Source of the DNA: Terrimicrobiaceae bacterium
Lineage (GTDB): Bacteria > Verrucomicrobiota > Verrucomicrobiia > Chthoniobacterales > Terrimicrobiaceae
Direction of reading: 5' to 3'
Length of the DNA: 64,000 bases
NCBI GenBank assembly: GCA_044353785.1
Contig: JBILBH010000006.1
Span: forward strand, 7,910 to 71,909
This document shows, in pieces, positions 45,455-54,441 of the stretch (positions within the stretch are counted from its first letter, which is position 1; each line of letters opens with the position of its first letter). Below the pieces are notes generated by a model. It was not told the DNA's origin. It searched no databases and was given only the letters and a program-made list of their open reading frames with translations. Both the position numbers and the translations under genes were made by a program.

Positions 45455-46249
45455 TCAGCGCTCCATGGCTTTGCGGATATAGGCCTTTAGGCCGAGCACA
45501 GCCTGAGTGTGGATTTGGCAAATCCGGGATTCAGTAACGCCAAAAACCCTGGCAATTTCCGCGAGGCGGAGGTTTTCAAAGTAATACATGGCGAGAATTT
45601 TCCTCTGCATGTCGGGCAGCATCTGGAGGCGTTCCGCGACGAGTTTGATGAGTTCCTGTTTCAGCGCGATCTCGCTGGCATTCGGTTGGTTCTCGTCGGC
45701 GATGACTTCGTGCAGGCTGGAGTCTTCGTCGTCTCCTGCGAGCGCATCGAGTTCCACATAGCTGAGCGGGCGGACTTCATCGAGCAGGATGGAGTATTCT
45801 TCGCTGGAGATACCGAGTTCATCGGCGATCTCTGCTTCCGTGGCAGGGCGGCCTGCGTTTTGCTCGAAGGCTGAGATGACATCAGTGAGCTTTTTGGCTT
45901 TGACGCGAAGTGTGCGTGACATCCAGTCGACGCGACGGAGCTCGTCGAGCACAGCGCCGCGGACGCGCATGGCCGCGTAGGCTGCGAAGGTGACGCCATG
46001 TGTGGGGTCGAAGCGGCGTTGGGCTTGAATGAGGCCGAGGAGCCCCACCGAGTAGAGGTCATCGACATCGAGATGTGCCGGTAGGCTGGCGCGCATGCGA
46101 TCTACAACGGAGCGGACGAGCGGCATGTGGTTTTTAAGAATTTCCTCTTCGCTGCCCTGTGAGACACCGCCGTAGGCACGCCATGCTGCCGTGTATTTTT
46201 GAGCATCGGGCCGGGGAGTGGACATGATGGGTTCGGCGAGTTGCTGCAT
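45455..46249 (-). CDS. fliA: Flagellar sigma factor FliA (sigma-28)
   Basis: Region 2 DDLYSVGLLGLIQAQRRFDP...FAAYAAMRVRGAVLDELR and region 4 RLAEIARVFGVTESRICQIHTQAV. The length and flagellar context fit. Confidence 0.88.
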   Translation of the reverse strand: MQQLAEPIMSTPRPDAQKYTAAWRAYGGVSQGSEEEILKNHMPLVRSVVDRMRASLPAHLDVDDLYSVGLLGLIQAQRRFDPTHGVTFAAYAAMRVRGAVLDELRRVDWMSRTLRVKAKKLTDVISAFEQNAGRPATEAEIADELGISSEEYSILLDEVRPLSYVELDALAGDDEDSSLHEVIADENQPNASEIALKQELIKLVAERLQMLPDMQRKILAMYYFENLRLAEIARVFGVTESRICQIHTQAVLGLKAYIRKAMER

Positions 46250-46251
46250 GT

Positions 46252-46533
46252 TTAGGCGGCCGGTTGGGCAGGCGTCTCAGGAGTGCTCTCCTGTGGGGGG
46301 GGGGCTTCGGCTTCGGCGGTTTTTTTTATATCGCGGAGGCGGGCTTTCTCCGCCACGACTTGCTTGGCGCAGTATTCGATAACCAATCGGAAGACTCTGA
46401 AGAGTAGCGCAGTCAGAACGCAGCCGATGGTCGCATTGAACACGGTGTCTTCGAGGGTCTTGCCAGCGACAAAGCTCACCAGAAAGGCGAGAACGAAGCC
46501 AGTGAAGCCTCCGATGAGCGTGAAATATTGCAT
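46252..46533 (-). CDS. Small two-TM membrane protein immediately upstream of fliA, function unknown
   Basis: I prefer the ATG at 46533 (MQYFTLIGGFTGFVLAFLVSFVAG...). The TTG at 46575 in the ORF track lies within the candidate promoter. The stop is 2 nt before the fliA start. The tail is acidic and Pro-rich. Confidence 0.5.
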   Translation of the reverse strand: MQYFTLIGGFTGFVLAFLVSFVAGKTLEDTVFNATIGCVLTALLFRVFRLVIEYCAKQVVAEKARLRDIKKTAEAEAPPPQESTPETPAQPAA

Positions 46534-46571
46534 GTGGGCTGGTGGGTTTCTAAAAAATCCCTTCGTTCGCA

Positions 46572-46586
46572 GCAATTTTTACGCCA
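46572..46586 (-). promoter_or_regulatory. Candidate sigma-54 (-24/-12) promoter TGGCGT-N5-TTGC
   Basis: The minus strand reads tttt-TGGCGTAAAAATTGC-tgcg. GG and GC are separated by exactly 10 nt, as in the TGGCAC-N5-TTGC consensus. It sits in the A+T-rich 125-nt gap after flhA, about 40 nt upstream of the ATG at 46533. Confidence 0.35.
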
Positions 46587-46700
46587 AAAAATGAAATGCA
46601 AGAATTTTGGGTCGATGGCATATAAAACAACAGTTAAAGAGGTTTTTTCAGCGTTTTCTGATTTTTTTGAGGGCGAAGCGGAAAAATCTGCCGATGTGGA

Positions 46701-48875
46701 TCAGGCGGCTGCAGGCATGCGTTCAGTCGGTGGGGGAACGATGATACCTGTGTTTTGGATTTCTGTTTGGGAGGGAAGTTCCTGGTAGGAGAGAACGATG
46801 AGTTTAGGCAAGGAGGGCTCGAAGAAGCGTTTGAACGCGAGTCGGAGTTCGGCCGTGAGGATGGTGATCGGTGAGAGGCCTTGCTCGGCAAGGGAGTTTG
46901 AGCGGATGGTGAGTTCGCGGAGCAGGTATTGTGCGGTGTTCGGGTCGAGCGCGAGCGTGGTTTCGAAATGGGAGCGCTGGATGCGGGTCATCAGGGTTTG
47001 CTCCAGACGAGGATCGATGGTGATGCACTTGATGAGACCCGGCTCAGACTCGTATTGGCTGATGAAGTAGGTGCCAAGGCGGCGGCGGACTTGCTCGGAA
47101 AGTTCGTCAGGGTTTTTTGTGACCGGCGCATAGTCGGCGAGTGTCTCCAGAATGAGCGGCAGGTTTTTGATCGGCACGCCCTCGCGGAGGAGGTTTTGCA
47201 AGACGCGCTGGATGATGCCAAGATTGACGAGGTCGGGGAGGAGTTCTGCGATAAGAGCGGGGTTGGACTCCTTGACGCGGTCGATGAGGGATTGGACTTC
47301 CTGGCGCGTGAGGATGAGGTGGGAGACTTGTTTGAGGGTTTCTGCGAGGTGGGTGATCATCACCGATGTGGCGTCCACCACGCTGTAGCCATTGATTTCG
47401 GCGGTGCGTTTTTCTTCTTCGGCGATCCAGACGGCTTCAATGCCGAACACGGGTTCACGTGTGGGGACGCCTTTGAGGTTGACCATGCTGCCGGAGACAT
47501 TCATGGCGAGCCAGCGGTTTGGAATCACTGAGGCGCGGGCGAAGGATTTGCCCCGGAGGAGGAAGTTGTATTCGTTAGGCTCAAGTTCGAGGCTGTCGCG
47601 GATGGCAATCGGAGGAATGACCATGCCGTTGTCGCGGGCAAAGCCTTTGCGGACGCCGGTGATGCGGTCGAGGAGGTCGCCGCCTTGGGTTTTATCGGCA
47701 AGGCGGAGGAGTCCATAGCCCACTTCGATGGAGAGGACTTCGGCTTCGATGAGCTTGTGGAGATCTTCGGGTCCGGTATTGGCTGGGGATCCTTGACCAC
47801 CTGCTGCGCCTTGTTGGCCTCCTTGGTTGGCATTTCCCCCACCAGGTGCTGGAAGTGCAAGGGTGCTGCCTTTGGCTCCGGTTGCGAGCGGGTTTTGGGA
47901 TTGTTTTTTCAGCATATAGGCCACGAAGCCTGTGATGCCGCCGAGTATGAGGAAGGGGGCTGCCGGCATGCCGGGAGCGAGGGCGAGAGCTGCGATGAGA
48001 CCGGCTGAGATGCCGACGGCGCGAGGGTAGGCTCCGAGTTGTTTGCCGATCTGGGCTCCGAGGCTGTTGTCGCCTTGGGCGCGAGTCACGAGGAGACCTG
48101 CGGCAACCGAGACCACGAGCGCGGGGACCTGGGAAACAAGACCATCACCGATGGAAAGGAGGGTGTATTTTTGGAGGGCTTGGTCCATGGGCATGCCTTT
48201 TTGGAGCATGCCGATGCCGAAACCCCCGATGACGTTGATGAAGGTGATGAGGATACCGGCGACAGCATCGCCTCGCACGAACTTGCTGGCACCGTCCATC
48301 GCGCCGTAGAAATCGGCTTCTTTTTGGACTTTGAGTCGGCGGGATGTGGCGGTGAGTTCGTCGATGATGCCGGCGTTGAGTTCGGCGTCGATGGCCATCT
48401 GTTTACCCGGCATGGCATCGAGGGTGAATCGTGCAGCAACCTCGGCGATACGGCCGGCACCCTTGGTGATGACGACGAAATTGATGATGACCAGAATGAT
48501 GAAAACAACAGCGCCGACAATATAGTTGCCTTGGATGAGCACATGGCCGAAGGCTTCGATGACATTTCCGGCGAAGCCGTCGAGCAGAATGAGTCGCGTG
48601 GAAGCGATGTTCAGCGCCAGTCGCATCAGGGTGACGGCGAGCAGAATGGTGGGGAAGGCCGAGAACTCGGGCGGATCTTTTACATAAATGATCACGAGCA
48701 GGATCAGCAGGGAGATGCCGATATTGACGGAAAGTAAAAAATCGAGCGCCCAGGTCGGGACGGGGATGACTAAAAGAAGGATGATGCCGAAGAGTCCGAG
48801 CGTAAAGATCAGGTCTGTCTGCTTGAGCAGGTCGCTCCACTTGAATCTTGAGGTTTGGGCGTTTGCGGTGGCCAT
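46701..48875 (-). CDS. flhA: Flagellar export apparatus protein FlhA
   Basis: 724 aa. FPTILLAVTLMRLALNIASTRLIL, GNYIVGAVVFIILVIINFVVITKGAGRIAEVAARFTLDAMPGKQMAIDA and a cytoplasmic C-terminal domain. Confidence 0.95.
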   Translation of the reverse strand: MATANAQTSRFKWSDLLKQTDLIFTLGLFGIILLLVIPVPTWALDFLLSVNIGISLLILLVIIYVKDPPEFSAFPTILLAVTLMRLALNIASTRLILLDGFAGNVIEAFGHVLIQGNYIVGAVVFIILVIINFVVITKGAGRIAEVAARFTLDAMPGKQMAIDAELNAGIIDELTATSRRLKVQKEADFYGAMDGASKFVRGDAVAGILITFINVIGGFGIGMLQKGMPMDQALQKYTLLSIGDGLVSQVPALVVSVAAGLLVTRAQGDNSLGAQIGKQLGAYPRAVGISAGLIAALALAPGMPAAPFLILGGITGFVAYMLKKQSQNPLATGAKGSTLALPAPGGGNANQGGQQGAAGGQGSPANTGPEDLHKLIEAEVLSIEVGYGLLRLADKTQGGDLLDRITGVRKGFARDNGMVIPPIAIRDSLELEPNEYNFLLRGKSFARASVIPNRWLAMNVSGSMVNLKGVPTREPVFGIEAVWIAEEEKRTAEINGYSVVDATSVMITHLAETLKQVSHLILTRQEVQSLIDRVKESNPALIAELLPDLVNLGIIQRVLQNLLREGVPIKNLPLILETLADYAPVTKNPDELSEQVRRRLGTYFISQYESEPGLIKCITIDPRLEQTLMTRIQRSHFETTLALDPNTAQYLLRELTIRSNSLAEQGLSPITILTAELRLAFKRFFEPSLPKLIVLSYQELPSQTEIQNTGIIVPPPTERMPAAA

Positions 48876-48887
48876 GTGGCGGACGGA

Positions 48888-49982
48888 TCAGGATTTCAGA
48901 CGGCGTGATTTGAGTTGGTAGAAGTAGTAGCGGTGGGTGCGGTAAACGTAACCAAGAATTTCAGCGATGGCTTGATAAAGTTGGGCAGGGATGGGTTTGC
49001 CGACTTGGCCGAATTTATAAAGCGCGCGGGCTACGGGTTTGTTTTCGACAGTAGGAACTTCGTGCTTCGATCCGATGGCTTTGATCCGCTGGGCGAACAG
49101 GTTTTGGCCTTTGGCTAGAACGACCGGAGCGGCATCGACGCCGCGCTCGTATTTCAGGGCCACGGCGTAATGTGTGGGGTTGGTGACGATGACATCGGCG
49201 TTTGGCACATCCGCCAGCATTTGTTTTTGCAGGAGGCGACGGGCCATGGCGCGTTGGGCCATCTTGACATTCGGGTCGCCCATGGATTGGCGTTGCTCGT
49301 CTTTGATCTCCTGCTTGGTCATCATGAGATCCTTTTCGGTTTTTTTGAGTTGGAAGATATAGTGGAGGAGGGCGAGGCCGCCCATGGCGAGGGCGAGTCG
49401 GAAGAAAAGGGAGAGCGTTGAGTCGTAGATGAAACTTCCGATGCGGAAAACGGGAACGGGCGTGAAGAAGATCGGGTCGGCGAGGATTTGTTTGACACTG
49501 CCGTAGATGAGGACGGCTACGACGAGACACTTTCCCGATTCCACGAAGAGTTTGACGAGTCCTTGCTTGCTAAAGACGCGCTGGAATCCTGTCACAGGGT
49601 TGAGCTTTTCAAATTTGAAGCCCACCACTTCCGGAGTCGCTTTAAAATGCGTCTGGAGGCCACCGGCGAGGATGCTGGCGACTGTCGTGGCGAGAAACAT
49701 TGGAGCCAGCAAGCCGAAGAGCGTTAGGAACGCCATGCCCGTCCAATGGGGTATGAAATCACTGATGATTTGGTATTTTTCGAGATTGCCGAGGATGCTG
49801 GCCACCATCTCGGTCATGTAGCGGGATTGGCTGTCCAGCGTGAACAGAAAAACGAAGTAGGCGGCAATCAGGCCGAAGACGACCTGAATCTCCGGTGCCT
49901 GGGCGAATTGACCCTTGTTATGGGCCTCCGACAGTTTTTTTTCTGTCGGTTTCTCTGTTGCGTTGTCGTTTTCGTTCGCCAT
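48888..49982 (-). CDS. flhB: Flagellar export apparatus protein FlhB
   Basis: N-terminus EKPTEKKLSEAHNKGQFAQAPE and the autocleavage motif NPTHYAVAL. Confidence 0.95.
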   Translation of the reverse strand: MANENDNATEKPTEKKLSEAHNKGQFAQAPEIQVVFGLIAAYFVFLFTLDSQSRYMTEMVASILGNLEKYQIISDFIPHWTGMAFLTLFGLLAPMFLATTVASILAGGLQTHFKATPEVVGFKFEKLNPVTGFQRVFSKQGLVKLFVESGKCLVVAVLIYGSVKQILADPIFFTPVPVFRIGSFIYDSTLSLFFRLALAMGGLALLHYIFQLKKTEKDLMMTKQEIKDEQRQSMGDPNVKMAQRAMARRLLQKQMLADVPNADVIVTNPTHYAVALKYERGVDAAPVVLAKGQNLFAQRIKAIGSKHEVPTVENKPVARALYKFGQVGKPIPAQLYQAIAEILGYVYRTHRYYFYQLKSRRLKS

Positions 49983-49989
49983 CGCAGTT

Positions 49990-50748
49990 TTACCTCAGAA
50001 AATGGAGCATCAACTCCGGCAAGTGCTGCATGTCGCGGAGGATGTATTGAATGGTGAGCCCGAGCGTCATGGAAAACACTGTGAGCCCGGCGAGAATTTG
50101 AACAGGGAAGCTGAGCATGAAGACATTCAGGCTCGGCGCTGCTCGGCCGAGGACCGAGAAGGCCATGTTGACGAGAAAGCTGATCGCGAGGAGCGGGGCG
50201 GAAATTTGAACGGCAAGAAGAAAAATCCTGCCGCTCGCGGCGATGACGGTATCCATCGATTGAGGAGCAAAAATCGCGCTCGGAGGGAAGATTTCGAAAC
50301 TGCGGGCAAACGCGAGGAGGCAGAACTGATACGCACCTGTCACCAGAAAGAGCACGGTTCCGAGGGAAAAAAGCATCGTGTTCGGCGGGGTTGCCGAGGT
50401 TCTTGTAATGGGATCGATGTTAGTGCTCATCGAGAGTCCAATCTGCACGGCTATGATTTCACCCGCCATTTCCAAAGCGTAGAGCAGGAATCGCACCGCA
50501 AATCCCATGAGCAGCCCGGTGAGAATTTCGTGTATGACTTGCATGACCACGATGAACCAATGTCCTGGCACTCCGCCGAAATCGCCGAAAATCGGGGCAA
50601 GCAGGTAGGCAAGTATTGCCGCCAAGGCGATGCGGACGGTGGAGGGAATCATGCTGCCTGAGAAAACCGGTAGAATCAGAAAGAGTCCAGTGGCTCGCAG
50701 GAAAATGAGCAATCCGGGGTAGATATCCTCGACATGAATAGTGATCAT
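49990..50748 (-). CDS. fliR: Flagellar export apparatus protein FliR
   Basis: 252-aa polytopic protein with an FliR-like N-terminus (LLIFLRATGLFLILPVF). It sits between fliQ and flhB and shares an ATGA overlap with the fliQ stop. Confidence 0.88.
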   Translation of the reverse strand: MITIHVEDIYPGLLIFLRATGLFLILPVFSGSMIPSTVRIALAAILAYLLAPIFGDFGGVPGHWFIVVMQVIHEILTGLLMGFAVRFLLYALEMAGEIIAVQIGLSMSTNIDPITRTSATPPNTMLFSLGTVLFLVTGAYQFCLLAFARSFEIFPPSAIFAPQSMDTVIAASGRIFLLAVQISAPLLAISFLVNMAFSVLGRAAPSLNVFMLSFPVQILAGLTVFSMTLGLTIQYILRDMQHLPELMLHFLR

Positions 50749-51014
50749 CTCGTCATTTCCGGGATTTTATTGATGAAAAAAACCGTAAATTGCATGAGTT
50801 GCCGAAGCATCCAAGGCGCTCCAATAATGATGATTGCGCCGACAGCGATAAGTTTTGGCGCAAAGCTCAGAGTAGGCTCTTGAATGCTGGTGACGGCTTG
50901 GAGGAGGCTGATGATAACGCCGACAACGACCGCTGCCAAGATGATCGGGGTCGTCACGAGCAGTGAGACCGTGATGAGCGAGCGGAGCATTTCAATGGCG
51001 GTTTCTTGGTTCAT
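50745..51014 (-). CDS. fliQ: Flagellar export apparatus protein FliQ
   Basis: I take the start as ATG 51014 (MNQETAIEMLRSLITVSLLV...), giving 89 aa with two TM segments and an ATGA overlap with the fliP stop. The longer ORF in the track overlaps fliP. Confidence 0.88.
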   Translation of the reverse strand: MNQETAIEMLRSLITVSLLVTTPIILAAVVVGVIISLLQAVTSIQEPTLSFAPKLIAVGAIIIIGAPWMLRQLMQFTVFFINKIPEMTR

Positions 51015-51886
51015 GAGGCAAAACTTTGCACGAGAGAGCGAACGACGAGTTGCCATCCATCGACCAGAACGAAAAGCAGGAGCTTCAAGGGTAGTGCCAC
51101 CATCGTTGGAGGCATCATCATCATTCCCATGGACATAAGTGTTGACGCCACCAGAAAGTCAATCACGAGAAATGGAATGAAAATGAGAAATCCCATCTGG
51201 AAGGCCGTTCGGAGTTCGCTGATGATAAACGCCGGCAGCACCACTCGCATCGGGAGGTCTTTCAGGTCCGTGCGCCCCATGCCTGCAAGGTCCAGGAAGA
51301 AATCGACTTCACCCGGGCGCGTTTGACGGAGCATGAAGTTCCGGATCGGTTCGACGGCGAGGTCCATCGCCTCATTCGAGCTGATCTGTTCGTTCATGTA
51401 GGGATTGATGGCCTGCTCTTGAATCTGCTGCCAGACTGGGGCCATGATGAAAAAAGTGATAAAAATCGAGATGCCAATGATAAGTTGATTGGCCGGAGCG
51501 CTCGGAACGCCAAGTGCGGTGCGGACAAAACCCAGAACGATCACGATGCGCGTGAAGCTGGTCATGAGCATGATGAGCGATGGTGCCAGCGTGAGCAGGG
51601 TCATCACAATCACGATCTGGATCGCTGTGCTCAAATTTTGGCGGTCATTGCCATTTCCGATCTGGAGGTTTACCAATGGTGTGCCCTGAGAGGAAATTGA
51701 AGGAGGCTGTGGCGCGTTCGGGGCCGTTGGCGCACGGGGAGCTGCGGGAGCTGTTGGCGAAGTCAGCAAAGGTGGAAATGGCGTCGGCCCGGGTGCTGGA
51801 GACTGCGCGATTGCCGACGAGGCGAGCATGGCAAGCAACAGAGCCATCAGAAACGATTTAAAGCAATAAAAGCGAGGAAATTTCAT
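51011..51886 (-). CDS. fliP: Flagellar export apparatus protein FliP
   Basis: Conserved core LTLAPSLIMLMTSFTRIVIVLGFVRTALG...PANQLIIGISIFITFFIMAPV. The ATG at 51886 gives the signal peptide MKFPRFYCFKSFLMALLLAMLASSAIA. The ORF track extends it to 51967. Confidence 0.9.
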   Translation of the reverse strand: MKFPRFYCFKSFLMALLLAMLASSAIAQSPAPGPTPFPPLLTSPTAPAAPRAPTAPNAPQPPSISSQGTPLVNLQIGNGNDRQNLSTAIQIVIVMTLLTLAPSLIMLMTSFTRIVIVLGFVRTALGVPSAPANQLIIGISIFITFFIMAPVWQQIQEQAINPYMNEQISSNEAMDLAVEPIRNFMLRQTRPGEVDFFLDLAGMGRTDLKDLPMRVVLPAFIISELRTAFQMGFLIFIPFLVIDFLVASTLMSMGMMMMPPTMVALPLKLLLFVLVDGWQLVVRSLVQSFAS

Positions 51887-52052
51887 GCCATTAAGTGGTG
51901 TTTGCAGTCGGGCAAAGAGGGGAGCACAGGCGTCCCGCCTGTGTAAGCCACTGTTGAAGATGTCCAAAGAGGCTGAGGTTTAGAGGCGCATGGTGTGCCA
52001 CTGAAAAACAGGCGATCGCAGGCGGATTCTGATTGGCGATAGGCTGTTCTTC

Positions 52053-52598
52053 TCACTGGGCGGCTCCTTTTTTTTCGGATTGGTCCATGAGTTGGGAAAA
52101 ATCCGCTGGATTTGTTGAAACGGAGTCTAGGGGACAGAGGTAATCGATTTTTCCCGGTGTCACTCCAAGCAGCATGCGGGTGTCGTCGTAGCCCACTACG
52201 ATAAGAAATTGGCGATTTCCGAGTGGGCGCATCTCCAAGACTTGAAGTTTGCGTTCTTCTTTGGAACGGTTGCGGTGCAGAGGGATGCCAAATTTGATGA
52301 GGTAAATCGCTGCGCCGGCGAGTGCAGCCAACAGGGTAATGTAACCAAGCAAGCGCCCAAATTCGTCCATTCCGGGCACTGCAGCTGCCATGGATTTCTT
52401 TTCAGCTGGAGCAGCGGATGGTTGGGCCAAATCCGAAGTGGTTGTCGGAATTGCGCTTTCCGTATTTTGAGCAGGCGCAGATGCCGCTGCACTTTGAGCC
52501 GCAGGCATGCTCGATAGCTCCTCCGTGGCTTGGAGCAGTGGGAATTGGAGACATGCGAGAGCCGCCACGAGGGCGAGCCTCCACGCAAGGTTCCTCAT
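52053..52598 (-). CDS. fliO: FliO/FliZ-like flagellar export protein
   Basis: One central TM segment (LLGYITLLAALAGAAIYLI) followed by LQVLEMRPLGNRQFLIVVGYDDTRMLLGVTPGKIDYL, as in the FliO family. It sits between fliN and fliP. Confidence 0.7.
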   Translation of the reverse strand: MRNLAWRLALVAALACLQFPLLQATEELSSMPAAQSAAASAPAQNTESAIPTTTSDLAQPSAAPAEKKSMAAAVPGMDEFGRLLGYITLLAALAGAAIYLIKFGIPLHRNRSKEERKLQVLEMRPLGNRQFLIVVGYDDTRMLLGVTPGKIDYLCPLDSVSTNPADFSQLMDQSEKKGAAQ

Positions 52599-52855
52599 GC
52601 CGCGTCTCCGACGATCTGGGTGATTTTGATGCCGAAGTTCTCATCCACGACCACGACTTCACCACGAGCGATTAGCTTGTCGTTCACATAGAGGCCGACT
52701 GGCTCGCTGGCAAGTTGGTCGAGTTGAAGCACGGTGCCTTCGCCGAGTTCCACGACATCCCTCATGGGCAGCATGCAGGAGCCGATGCGGACGGTGAGAT
52801 CGACTTTGACATCGAGGATGACGGAGAGGTTTTTGGCGTCGTTGATGGTGCTCAT
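52595..52855 (-). CDS. fliN: Flagellar switch protein FliN (SpoA domain only)
   Basis: LTVRIGSCMLPMRDVVELGEGTVLQLDQLASEPVGLYVNDKLIARGEVVVVDENFGIKI is a canonical FliN C-terminal domain. Confidence 0.9.
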   Translation of the reverse strand: MSTINDAKNLSVILDVKVDLTVRIGSCMLPMRDVVELGEGTVLQLDQLASEPVGLYVNDKLIARGEVVVVDENFGIKITQIVGDAA

Positions 52856-53850
52856 TGTTTTTGGGCAGGTTGGATTTCAGAAGTGATTTGAATGGCAACA
52901 TGGCCGTTTTCGCAGCCTGCTTGTGCACTGAAGCGCGGGGCATTGGCGATACGGACGCGGGTGTTGTTAAGTGTGGTTTTCGGCATTTCCAGCACATCTC
53001 CGACTCGCAGGCGGAGGACATCGCTCACATTCACGCCGGGCACTTCCCAATCGGCTATGAGTGGAACGGAAATTTGGTTGTAAGAACTGCGCCACTGCTG
53101 GGGCTTGATGTCGGGCTGAACCTGCAAATCGCGTGAGCGGCGACTGTGCATGTTCTTAACGATCGGCTCGAGCATGTTGTAGGGCACGCCGATCTGGATG
53201 AGTTCCACGCTGTCGCCTGCCAGCGCCTCGATCGTGAGGGCGAGCATGACAGTGTCATTTGAACAGGCTTGAAGGAAACGCGGATTGTTCTCGTGGCCAA
53301 TTTGGCGTCCGCTGTATTGGCGCTCATCTTTCCACTGGCGGCACCATTCATTGACAATGATATCAACGATTTCCTCGAGAAGGGCGATTTCGATTTCGGT
53401 GAGGTAGCGTTCTTCGTCGGAGGTGCTGCCGCGACCGCCCAGCATGCGGTTGGTCATGCTGATAGCCAGACGCGGATGAATTTCCAGAATTCCGATACCT
53501 GGAAGCTGATCGACCTTGAAGAGGGAAATATGGGTCGGATTCTTCATCGACTCCGCAAACTTCCCGTAGGGCATGGTCGTGAGCTTTGCCAGTTTCAGGC
53601 TCATGTCCGCTCGCAGAAGTGAGGAAAAACGCGCGGAAATTGTTGAAATAAAGCCTGTATGGATCGTCCGAATACGACGAATCTCCGCCTCGGCCAAGTG
53701 GATCGGCGTGCGAAAGTCGAACGCCTTGGGTTGAACCTGATTGGCGGTCGGAAATCGTGAGCCGTCGAAGCGGTAAATCGATGGAGCAGAAGACTGGGCA
53801 GCCTCAGCGACGAGTCTGTCGATATCGGATTGGTTAAGAGTTCCGGCCAT
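52852..53850 (-). CDS. fliM: Flagellar switch protein FliM
   Basis: N-terminal LNQSDIDRLV (a CheY-P binding-type peptide), a middle domain, and a C-terminal SpoA-like region. The length is 332 aa. Confidence 0.9.
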   Translation of the reverse strand: MAGTLNQSDIDRLVAEAAQSSAPSIYRFDGSRFPTANQVQPKAFDFRTPIHLAEAEIRRIRTIHTGFISTISARFSSLLRADMSLKLAKLTTMPYGKFAESMKNPTHISLFKVDQLPGIGILEIHPRLAISMTNRMLGGRGSTSDEERYLTEIEIALLEEIVDIIVNEWCRQWKDERQYSGRQIGHENNPRFLQACSNDTVMLALTIEALAGDSVELIQIGVPYNMLEPIVKNMHSRRSRDLQVQPDIKPQQWRSSYNQISVPLIADWEVPGVNVSDVLRLRVGDVLEMPKTTLNNTRVRIANAPRFSAQAGCENGHVAIQITSEIQPAQKQ

Positions 53851-53889
53851 ATCAGGTATGAGGGTGGAAAAGCGCGGCGGGACGCGCTT

Positions 53890-54411
53890 TTATTGGATTA
53901 CGAATTCGGAGAAATAAATTTGGTCGATCACCTCGGCGCCGAGGAGACTGTTGAACTTGGCAATCAGTTGCTTGCGCACAGCCTCGCGTCCGCCGGGGTT
54001 GTCCAGAGCCGATGGCGCCTGAGAGGAAAGAATCGTGATCGCCGCATCGCGCAGCGGGGATTCGTTTTCCTTCATGATGTTGCTGATCTTGGCATCCGCG
54101 CTCGCCACCTTGAAATTTGTCCGCAGATAGCGAGAGCTTCCCGTTCCAGAGAGATTCACGACGAGACCACCAAATTCCGCAGTGTGCTCGCCCAGAGCGG
54201 AAACGGTTTTCGGAGTCTTCTCGCCATGGTCGTCTGCATGCTTGGCAGTGCCTGCCGCCGCTTTGAGCTTGGGCAAGATGACAAAATCCATGACGCCATA
54301 GACCAAAGCGGGCACCAGAATCACGACGGCAATGACTGGCATCAAGGGATTTCCGGATTTCTTCGGGGCGGAAAGGTTTTGGTTGGCTGTATCTGGTTCG
54401 TTGGCTGGCAT
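53890..54411 (-). CDS. fliL: Flagellar basal-body-associated protein FliL
   Basis: A single TM segment followed by LVVNLSGTGSSRYLRTNFKV...LRDAAITILSS...IDQIYFSEFVIQ, the FliL pattern. Confidence 0.85.
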   Translation of the reverse strand: MPANEPDTANQNLSAPKKSGNPLMPVIAVVILVPALVYGVMDFVILPKLKAAAGTAKHADDHGEKTPKTVSALGEHTAEFGGLVVNLSGTGSSRYLRTNFKVASADAKISNIMKENESPLRDAAITILSSQAPSALDNPGGREAVRKQLIAKFNSLLGAEVIDQIYFSEFVIQ

Positions 54412-54441
54412 ATTATTTGTTTTGTTTTTTAATTGAAACGC

